A stretch of DNA of 64,000 nt, from assembly GCF_037042905.1 (NCBI RefSeq), contig NC_087246.1:13950001-14014000 (forward strand), in the 5' to 3' direction. Below the pieces are notes generated by a model that saw nothing but the letters and a program-made list of their open reading frames with translations, searched no databases and was not told the origin of the DNA. Origin of the DNA: Lytechinus pictus (lineage: Eukaryota). This document shows, in pieces, positions 29,301 to 41,300 of the stretch; the stretch's first letter is position 1, and each line of letters begins with the position of its first letter. A program made the translations under genes and the position numbers.

Positions 29301-32300
29301 TTCGAGTTCAAGAATGCCAATTATTATTTTCTATATATTTATTAACCATTGACCTGTAAAAAGATGGATATTATACAAATATATCAGGCTTTGAGAAAGT
29401 ATAGTGGGAATTATTTATCCGAGGTTGGACTGGCAATTACTATTTTTCCCGAGGAAAAATAGTTACATTGCCAGTCCAACCGAGGATTAATAATTCCCAC
29501 TATGCTTTCGAAAGAAACGCCTGATATATTTGTTTTATATCCCTCCAGTCCTTGCTGATTTTTAACCAATCTCGAACAAATCTAACATTGCCGGACCTAG
29601 TCCTACTCTAGCTGTCGAGCTATAAAATTTGCTAGACAGTTCATGGGTAGGCTGCGCGCGGCTTCTACCCGACTGCACTTAATGAGAGGTCCGCTGCGCT
29701 GCGTTGCCGCAGTGGCACTCAAAATAAATACCGGTACGCGCAGTTAAAATGTATGCTCTAACGTTAAAAATTAATATCGGATCTTGACTCACCTTGTTAG
29801 GTATGTTTATTCCATATTTAAGGATCCTGTATGAATGGCCGTCGGAATTATATTTTCTGCATTGTAATCTAGACCCAATTCCACACTGTTTTTCAGATTG
29901 TCGGCACGGTTATTTGGGCGAGAGCTTGTATTTTACTTTATTTACTTTTTGCGGATGATCGATACCGGTATATGGGTCAAGTCAGGGAGCATGCGCAATT
30001 CAAAGTTGAGAGAAAATATCGAGCATGAGCATGCGCAGTTATGCCCATGAAAGTATATCGAAAAATATACGGAGCTACAAGAAAACTATACGGAGCTAAT
30101 TGCAGCGATGTGTTTTCCTATTGAAATTATACTTTGTCACATGATCACGAATTGACCAACCGTTTATCTAGAATACTCATGAATATTCATAAGAGGGATA
30201 TAATAAATATTAAATGTATTCAATTCAATTTAATCTAATCCAATTTCAGTCTTGTGATAAATTGGATACATGACAGATGTTCAGAGATCAAATTTTTTAA
30301 CATTTACAAGAAACAAATTTTAATGGAATTCTTTGATGACAAATTATTTCAAAGCTACACATCAAAACGATGCAACTTAGACACCACATACAACAGAAAA
30401 AAATTAGCGGTAGGCTAATTATTCATTTCAATAGGTTTGCACATTTATTATTGAATTTTCACTACATGATGTGCACTCAAGCTGGAAATTGGAATAATGG
30501 TTCTCGCAGCTTCATTAATGTTGGTCGTCTAGAACATAATAATTTTCCTGAGGTGAACCAAAACTCATCCATCACGTTTGGTTTGTCACGACACAGCTGT
30601 GGAAGGTGGACTGAGTCACAAACGTGCAACAAAAGTAATTTGAGAGGGCGTAACGAGATGATGAATAAGTGTTTAAAAGTTTTTCAGGTTCCTCCTGTCT
30701 CTGACTGTTCTGTGTTGCTCACACTAGTTTATGTATTTTTTGGTCTCATGAATCATTTTTGTTTCACTTTATTATTTTTGTTCTTTGTCAGTCTGTTTGT
30801 TTCTCTTTTTCTTGTTTGTCTTTTTGTAAGTTTTCTCTCTTTACCATTATCATCATCATCATCATCGTTGTCATTATTATTGTCATTGTCATTATTGTCA
30901 TGGTCATGTCACTGTCATTACCACTACCACCACCACCACCATCCTCATCGTCATCAGCATCATCATTATCATCATCAGCATCATCATCATCATTGTAATC
31001 ATCATCTCATTCATCTGTCTCCCCCTTCACATGGCTTCCCCATCCCGAGAAGTATCAATGAGATGAGTGTCTTATACTGAAAATATTACTTTATCAATCA
31101 AATTTGACCATTGGAATTTGACTCATTTCCAAATAAAATATGACTAAAATATTTAGAATTTAATGTAAAGTTTGTATGTTTTGGGATCATTGACTTCACC
31201 TTGTAACACCTATTATTTGCATTCATCAATATGAACATAAATCCAAGCTCCTGCCAACACTATAGCAACCAATCCAATGAAGTTGTGTTATTGTAGCATT
31301 CTAACATTATGTCAATCCCACATAGTTTCTTGTGTAAATCATGCCTTGTTCTAAAATGTATATGAGCAGATCCCCTATGTGAGCTCTGGAAATCCAGTTT
31401 CAGTTGTGGTCGCAGACTGTGAGCGAGGAGTGGGCTTACAACCCATCAGGAATTTACACACAGAAACCAAAACTTTGCTCTTCTCACCAGCTGCCTCAAC
31501 AGAGGTCATGTTCTCACTTGCAAATAAGAACGTTTTGTGTAATTAAAAGCAGAATTTTATTCCAGACATGTTTGAATTAAAGTCCTTCAGTGATTAACAA
31601 TAAATCCAGATATGCTACATGGTTAGTGACCATTTAAACTCTGTATTTAATTTGAATCCTAAAGATATGTTTTCAAATCTCAATAGATTTAATTTCAAAT
31701 TTTAAAGGTTTAAATCTAAATTCAGTGTTCGCATGGTCATTAGTCACAGCTCAATATGATTTTATTTTATTCCATGAAATTCAGAGTGTATGATGTACAA
31801 TCATTCTCTTAGCAATCATGATTTTGCTGTTGGGTGAAATTAACACATGATAGTACAATATTTTTGTTATTTTAGATTTCAGAGACAATGTCTGCGAATA
31901 TTTAGAGAATTTAGATTCAATTCTAATTCAGTTTTATTCAGGAATCTTAACAAAATCGCAGAGGGCTAACAATGTAAGTTTACAATAATAAAACAAAAAA
32001 CATGTAGGTATGAAAACAACAAAAAATGTACAAGTTAGTTAGTTACATGTTAAAAAGTATAAAATTCATAAATCATTATACTTTGTAAAATAGTATGCAT
32101 TTAAGTCACTCTAATTATATCTTCTACATATATTTCTGTCAATACAGAATAAAAAAACCCCAATAATTTGGCAAAATTGGAAAATTAAATCATGCAAACA
32201 TGATGTAGAGCAGTGAATAGTACTATACATGTACAGGAGTACGATTTAAATCTTTTGAATATCCATAGATTGGGTGTAGATCCTTTTCTTATGCATGGCA

Positions 32301-35300
32301 TCATAGAGCTCAAGCTCAGATCAAAGTGGATATTGATATTTATTAGATATTTTAAAAAAGGATAAACTGAAGAGCTTTTTGGGGGAAAGTCACCTTTCAA
32401 CATTGTAGACCAAAGGAGGAAAGAAAGATTACCTCTCAATTAAAAAAATGAATATAATACTCTCAAGAATTTTTTTCAAATTTGTTATGTATTTGATGGT
32501 CAATCAACCGGTGAGATAGATATTTTGTGAAGTGACTCTTCTTTTAGTAAGGAATTTTTTTATATACTCCTCTATTTCCTGCGGATATCTCGATGGATAG
32601 GCCTGAATAATCTCACTTTACTTGCGTATGAGAGGAGCGAAGCTTGATTAGAACATTTAATCAGAAAGGGAACCCGGGGATTTTGATTTATTACATCCTA
32701 AGCGGTCAGTTGGGCTGTTGAAACATCAGATTAATGGTGTCTCTTATTTTAGTCAGTGATCTGTTGGTTGTGGATGTCGTGTTACAGCTAGAGTTGTGCT
32801 CATAAGTTAGTGAACCCCAAAAGAAAAGCACTCCTTTATGCTGAGTGTTGATTGTAGACAACAACACTGCAATGTTTGGCAAGCCCAGAGAATCAAACTA
32901 TTGAATGTAACATTTTATTATCTGACTTCACAATTAAATATCCAAAACGTGGCAGAACTTAAACACTTTAAACATGTTCATTTTCTGGTGGGGTTCACTA
33001 ACTTTTTAGTACCGTACCATTGTGTTTGTGTTGTTATAGATTAGGGTTTGAAATAATGTTCATTTAATGATTTGGCGGTTATTGATGTTACTTTTTTTTC
33101 TTCTTTTTTTGCTGGGATTGATGAATCAAATCAATCTAACTCCTATTCCTACACATCTAAAAATAATCTCAAGTTGATTTTAACTTATCAACACATGCAC
33201 AGTATGTGTAAACAAATCATTCCTTGTTGAAATGAATTGCACTTATGAGAAGGCCGGAAAGTTATATTTAGAGTGAAAACTTTCAATCAGTAGTTAAGTG
33301 CTGGTCATGAGATTTAATTGCATAAGAAACTGCCTCAAAGTTATTGGGATATGGTTATTATACTAGTTAATAAAACTATGAATTAGTGTAAATGATCTCA
33401 GGATCACCATACTGATGAAAACCTTACACAATTCTATGAAGAGTCCTCTGCACTTCACATACAAATGCATGTATTGGAGTACACACAAATATTTTGCTAA
33501 ATATGTAAGCATGTTAGTGTATCACTCTTTTTTTTTTGGGGGGGGGATATATTTTGAATTGTGAATTGTGAGGAATCTGAAGAGTAATTCATTGTATGTG
33601 ACTTTTATTCTTGTCAAATAACATTGAAAGAATTTGAAAAAAAAGTTTTTCTGATTGAATTTCCTTTTAAATACAGCCCTGTCATAGGCTAAGTTGTTAA
33701 ACAAACCTGATAATATTAATTCATTGATGTCTTGATGTAGTTCTTTTTTCTCAAACGCTCAATACCAGCATAAAACAAAGAGCTGTCAATTCTGATAGTT
33801 CTCATTCCTAACTTTTAGTTAATGATGATCTTTCCCTCAGAAGACACTTTAATTTCCTTCTATGCACACTATTTTGGAATGAAAGTCGATAATCCGTGTT
33901 TTGAGATGCCCCGATTCAGGGCCTTTTCATCGATCTCCATAATGTAATACTTCCTGATAGGAACATGGCATTCATTTACTCCTAATGAACCATTCAAGGA
34001 GGTCATAAACCCTTCTACTCACTGAGCTGTGTCTCGCCAGGTGCAGTACATTGCGCATGATTTCCGCCATTTTCCATTTCCCCATTCATAATCTAGAATT
34101 AAACGCACCCCAGAATTCTAATGATAACATTCTGTATTCATATTGAAATTGGAATAGGAATTTTCGGATCTACTGAGAACTAAAATACCTCTAATTTATA
34201 AGATATTGTTCAGGCCTTGAAATGCCCTAGAAAATTATTTTTACACTAGTTCTTGAGGTTTTTAGCAAGTGACACTTGCTTTCAAATTTACTCACTTGGC
34301 AAACTAGCAACCCAACCTGGCAGGCGATAGTATATCTGTCATTTACAATCTTGCTAGGCTAAGCACTTGACACGTCTTCAAGGAAAACCATTTAACACCT
34401 GGGTAGAAAGTGGCAGACCTACATGTATTGGATGCTAGATGTGTGTATTATTTTCATTTTTTCTCCAAAATTGTCAGGATATTATTAGAATTTGAATAGG
34501 GAAAGGTACTCTTCAATAAAGGCACTATAAATAGCTGCATGTCTGCAGACGACAATTTACATGACTGGCTTACGTGCAAAATATTTTATATGAATGCCAC
34601 GTGATATCCACTCTTTACAAGAATGCCCTTTCGAGTAAAATAAGGTCAGGAAATTCCACACCTTCCTTTGCAATGTATGCTCTCACCTTATTCATTAAAT
34701 GTTGTCATAATTTCATAGTCTTTTCTCTCTTTTTTTCCAATACAAGATCGAAACCAAAAATATGATGAGAATGCTGTTTTATGACATTTTTGTTTGTTTT
34801 TAGGATGCAGCATTTGAATGGGGAGGGTTATTCACAATGTCTTTAATCTGCACTTCTTTTCAATAATACAACAGAGTCCAAAGGCTACCAAGGTGGTATT
34901 CCCCTTATTTGTTCTGCTTCAGGTCAGGTTGATCTAAGAACAATATTCCATTATAAATTTACATATTTTCTTTCATTTCTTTTTTTCTTTTTGTATACAT
35001 CAACTTCATCAAGATGTATTTCAAACTTCAAGGTCTGCTTTGTTAGTCTTTTCATACAGACTCTTGGTGGTAATTAATAATTTCAATTTCTTGTGCAAAA
35101 AACCCCAATCATTTGTGAAGTGCATACAGGTTATGAATATTATGCACTTTTGAAAACACCATATCATTATGATTATTTTTTCTTACTTTAACTTACAAAG
35201 TATTTTATTTGTTAAAAGTATGCTGTAAATCATCATGCCAACAAGCAAATTCCATTCAGATGCATTCTTGTCAATTTCAGTTTCACAAAAGTGTGATTAA

Positions 35301-38300
35301 TTTTGCAGTTGACAACTTTTCTCCTTAAGCCTCTGTAGCATGCACTGTGAGAATTGAAATATTAAAGAATATTGAATTAATGATGAATCCCAAGCACAGG
35401 GAAGAATAAGGGTTAATGAAGAGAACTTGCTTTGATATTCCTGGAAAAGAGTAGTGTTTAAATGAAATTTGTAATCACTTTGAATTAGAAAACATTCATT
35501 AATGCATTGTTGAACTCTTATTGTCGAGTAAACTTAACCAAAAGGATAAATGCAGAGGAGTGATGTCACAATATAAAGGGCGCAACTTGCGGGCACGTAT
35601 TACAAAATGCATAAATTAACTTACTCTGCAATGTATAGCCTATATATTTTGTACTTGGAGTATTTTTTAACATTTTCCTTAATTCTGAGAATGAATGTTT
35701 ACAATTTATTATGTTCAACTTTTTAAGCATGTAGGTATATGAGGAAGTGAATAAGTATGGGGTTGTTCAGTAGAAAAATCCTAGGCTAGTAAATAACAAG
35801 AGTGGTGAAAGTCTGTATGAAAATGGTTATTCTCGTCAAGTACTAAAATGTGTGTTATTATGGCAATTCCAATTCTTTTGTACTCTCAGATGCATATTAT
35901 ATTTTATGTTCATTTTCATAAAAAGGCCATTGCAAGAAAATTGTTGATACTGTACATGTAGTGTTGCTTTAATTCAACTATTTTTTGGTAACTCTAATTG
36001 TTCGAGGAAATTTGTATTTAGATTGGTGTGTTTATGGAGTAGAATAAGTAATCTATTAAAGTAAATTTGCCCTTAAGAATTTCAATATTTATGTTTGTAC
36101 CTTACCTTTGAACAAATCATTAAAAATATATCATTCATTTACATCCATCTGTGATGTTACCTAGATATGATTCATTTTGTTATTGTGTGATATAAAATAT
36201 ATTTGTAAGGTGACTGTTGAAAATTAATGGTCCACTGTAAACAGAAAGTTGTATTTCTATTGAAGAACTTTTAGAAAACATTATGAATATACATTTTAGG
36301 AAGTAATATGAATTGTAAATGCAGTTCATTTATTACATTTATCAACGTGTAAATATGTCATGTGATATTGAATTATTGATGATACAAATTGATTAATAAA
36401 TAGTTCTGTATGTTTTATGATAGTGCAGGAAGCAAAGTTTCAATTAATAGCCAAGATTACATTGTCACTGTGAACTCATCATTTAAAGTGTGTAGCATTA
36501 AAAACTTATTTGCAATTGAATGCAAATATTGATTGCAATTTTTGGAATTGATAAATGATTTAGGTATAGCAAATCTTTTTAATACTTCTTGTTGAAAGAA
36601 GCAGATTCAACAACTTTCATTTATGAATTCTCAAATGATTACAATAGGAAAACTTACAATTATTTTTTTGGTTTAAAACAGATTAGCTATTGATTGTAAC
36701 TTTTTTGTTGTATGCCTGCTTAGTCTGTGGCTTATGCATTTCTGTCTTTGATGATTTATGTGTGTCAAAGGATTGTTAAGACAATCCAACATAAACATAA
36801 TTTTTCTGCATATGTACCTTCTAGTTCTATACACAGTAAAAAAGGACAATTTTTTTCACCTGTCATTCCTAACAATTAGGTGATTGAAACTTTTGAATAA
36901 CTTAAAAGAAAAATTAAAACAACTTGCTTAAAACTGTTGTTGGTGACCACTTTAACCAGGTTGCCATGACATTAATGCAAAGCAATGTAATCTGTCTATA
37001 ATAAATTTTCATTGAAGACAAGGAGAGTGGTCTCTATGGCCAGGTTTCTTCAGCAGATGCTCAAATGAGAAATGATATTCAAGGGAAACAGAAAGTGATG
37101 ATAAGCGATAAACAGACAGTCACTATATTAAAAAATAATAATTATAGCTGGATTTTTATAGTGAATTTTGAAGGAGGACACAAAGTGCTACTATTATTAC
37201 CCTGGCTTTAGTTCATGGCACCGTTAATGGCACTCAGTTCATTCAAGGAATTAATCCTCCCGGGTACCCATTCACCTCACCTGGGTCAAGTGCGGCACAG
37301 TGTGGATAAATTTCTTGCTGAAGGAAAACACGCCATGGCTAGGATTCAAACCGATGACCTTCTGTTGGAAAGGCTAGAGTTAGAACCATCCCCATTAAAA
37401 GCAGGTGTGGTTGATTAAATTAGCCCATTATTCTTTTTTTTTTCTTGATGGAATGTAGGACCTCTTGAAGCACACACCAGAGCACCATGAGGATCACAGT
37501 ATTCTTAGCCAAGTTCTTGAGAAGACCAGAAAGTTCTTCAAACAGGTTGATGATGCCACAAGAGAGATACACAGTACAAAACAGGTATGAAATAAACAAA
37601 GAGACAAGCAAATAAACAATTAGTCATTCAAATCATAGCTTGCACAATTAAGAGTGTCTTGCTATCAGCCATGATGAAGAAAAGACCAGAGAGAGGACAA
37701 AACGGGTATGGAATAATCAAAGAGACAAACAAACAAGCAAATAAACGTTCAAATCACTGAAAATCCTTACAAGCGAAGCTTCCAAAAAAGATATAAATTT
37801 TTGTGATTGTGGAATAAAGAACGATTTCTCATACATTTACTTCATAAATAGAACAGTCGGGATAATTTTTTTTTTGAATGATCAAGGAGATCTTCCAACC
37901 ATTAAAACATTTTTTTTAAATATGTTTCCTCATGAATGATTATATCACATTTCATTTTAACATTTTTTTTACAATCTATTAGATTGAATTGAATTGATCA
38001 CTGCTCAGCAATTCTGCCATTCACTGGCACATAATGTATAAAAACTTTTCCAAAAGAAAAGCAACTAGGTAGGGCCTGCATGAAATGATAAACTAGTTGC
38101 ATGAAATATTTTGTTAAAAAGTACATTGAGGAAAGAAAACCAAGGAGTGACTAAAATATCAATGGTTTTATCAAAACCTTGACCATTGCATTAGGGAGAG
38201 AGAAAGAGAGAGTCATAATAATCCCCATGTAAAAGGCAGAAGGGCATTAAAGTCTGTATTACATGTGTATGATACAACTTTTAGTGCCCTTCTGTTACTG

Positions 38301-41300
38301 AATAGTCAATCTGTGGTTTCCTTTTGTAAAGGAAGTAAATCCAATGCTGTATTCATTGACCATGGCAGAGATAAAGAATAAAACGAGGGTTACATTTGTC
38401 AAATTGGTCATTAAAACTACTTTCATGGTGATCTAGATGGAGTGTATAGTGCTAATAGCATACACAATCGCTCGGCATCGAATAAATGATTAAGACACAC
38501 CAAATATATGCCATTATTTGAATGTATTTTCAATTTGATGGCAATCTTCTGAATATTGCATTTAGGCTGATGATGAAGTCAAAAGCTAATTTCTTTCCAC
38601 CCTTTCTATCTTTTCCAAAATATTCACCTAAAATCAAAGCCTTTGAAACTGAATTTTCTTCATTTATTTCACCTTCATGTATAAAAAGAACAAAATGTGA
38701 ACTCACAATAAATACAAATGTTAGGTGTTGTTCAGTGCTTTTTACAAAATAAGTATACCTCTTCAATAAGATAGACAATGAGCATGTATTTTATTTCTTC
38801 ACCTTTGAAAGGTCTGGCATCATTGCACACCTTTTTGCAAGAAAACATGGCATATTCCTGACCAAGGTGTATGAATATAATCAAATTAGAGCGGCCAATT
38901 TAAGTTTGCAATGTGTTTGACATCTTGCGCTAGGCAACTTAATGCCTGCTTGTAAGTTATTCCTTTGTCTTTGCAAGTAAATTGAATTAAGAGTGTATTC
39001 CCAGTGGAGAAATCTGCAAGTAATGCAGGTAATTTGATTGAGATGTACAAAGTCTTGGAGGGTTTGAAGCTGGTCTAGGGTATGGTATATAAAGTTGTAA
39101 GATAAGCTGTGTGGAGGGAATGTTTGAGATTTCTGTTTAGGTTGAGACTTCAAATGCTATAAATTTGAAACTGATTATAACTTTTAGAAGTATTATAAGA
39201 AACTGGAATGTACATTTTAGAATAGATAATTTTATTTATTTTTTCATATAAAAGAAAATACTATTTCTTAGTGATTTCTCATTTATCATTGTTCCTGTTT
39301 CTATATTTTTATCACAGTTTGCAATATTTCTGTTGTTGGGTGGGATATATCATTTCCTAATCTATTATCACCTTGGTGATTTATCAATTTCAAACAAGAA
39401 ATGAGAATTATGTTTGAACCTTTAATGCTTATTTTCTTGTTCTTGACCCAGGGTGGTGTTTCATAAAGCTGTTCGTAAAGTTACGCACAACTGTTAGAAC
39501 GACAGGAACATGTTCTAATACATAAGTCAGCTACATAGGGATATATCATATAGCACAAGAAAGGGTCACCAGCCGTGTGTTAAGTCATTCATAACTTACG
39601 GACAGCTTTATGAAACGGGCCCCTGGTATTGTAACTTTATGTATTGAACTATTCAGTCAACACAATCCTGCTCTCTAACAGTGAACCTAATATAGACATA
39701 CATGAAAACAGTCACCTCCCTGTGTTATAGCATGGTTCAGTTAATAGTTGCATATTTATAGGCCTATATATGACTGCAGTATACAATATACTTCAGAATT
39801 CCTTAACAGTATAGAAAGAGGAACTGTAACAAGAAAATCACAACCTATAGAGCAGTTGATGTATGACAAAGAGAATAGATTTCTAGGGAGACATAAGCTG
39901 AGATAACTAACTTTTTCAGGAATTTGAAGAAAAAAAAAGAAGTTTGATTATAGGTACATGTATTTACCCCAATTTCTTTCATATATGTACAAAATTGTAA
40001 TAGGTTTTACTTATGAAATCTTGGGAAAACATATTGTGTGTGAACTATAACAGATAATACTTTTGAAACTAATTGTGCTGTATTGATGATGATTTATTGT
40101 GTCATAATAATCCCCATTCAGACACTAGATCATGAAAGAATTGTCTGGGGAACAGTCAGTTGTTTCCTCATACATGTAAATCTGTGATATTGAATAAGAA
40201 TGAAATTTTATTACCAAAGATTCCTTCACCTTGTTATGTATTTTGTCATTTATTCACCATTTATCTTGATTTGAAACAATTTTAAGTCATGAGAAGAACT
40301 TATTTCAAATGACTGTGATTTCATATCCAACTAATCTAAAAAAAAATTACAAAAATTTATTAGTCTGTATCTTTTTTGTGTTGTACATTGATGTATGTTT
40401 TATAGCTAACAATATATCAATAGAAAGAAAAAGATATCAACATATGCATAGAGAAATAGATAGTTGTTACTTTCTTTGTTTTTTATTCTCCAGAAGCGAG
40501 AGTTGGTTCGTCAGGGTTACCTCGTGGAATGGACAGAGGGAGGGCGTAAACTAAGGAGAGTACTTCTCTGGTCAGATCTTATCATTTGTGCTTCAAAAAG
40601 AAATACCAGGTACTTACATGGACCATCTATCCTCCATTTGTTCAAAAAGCAAAAAGAAGATTGTTGATGCATTATTTAGCATTTATTAGCACATTGAGTG
40701 TAATCCATTTTTTTAATTAAATTATTCTGTTTAGGCGTTTCCCCCCAAAAAAGAAAATGATGGTAATTTACCAAATGGATGAGAACATAGAAATTGTATT
40801 TCTAAATTTTTAAAATGTGTCAATGATACTTTTTTGTAGTTAGAGAATGATTGATGGTTGTTTTTTTTTTTTTTTTTTGCTAAAGATAGGTTATAGTTTA
40901 ATAAAGAAGTGATTTTTTTTTTTAATTTCTTGTGAGATTGTAACAATGAAAATGAGGTAGAAATAAAGCTGTATATATTCTTTTATTCCTCTTTAATCTA
41001 TAGAAACTTCTTGCCATATTTATGAGAATATGCTTTTCACTCCAATTGTAGTCTTTTGTAAAGTGACACTGCTTTACAATTGATATTATAATTAACCTTT
41101 AATTTTTCCCATTTTTGAAATAAATATTTCCATAGCAATGATTCCACTTGTGCATACAAGCATTTATTGTTAATTTATTCATTGTAATTATAGTAATATT
41201 ACTGTTTTAGTAAAAGGCATGATTTATAGACCTTATACAACTTACGTATCTTTACCATATATAATATACACATGTTTGTGTTAGTGAATACCGTAAAATC

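Noticed and set aside
30370-31080. 236-aa ORF with poly-His/Ser and a hydrophobic stretch
   Set aside because: Kept open by a T-rich tract and a (CAT)n microsatellite; no recognisable domain and no place in the exon chain.
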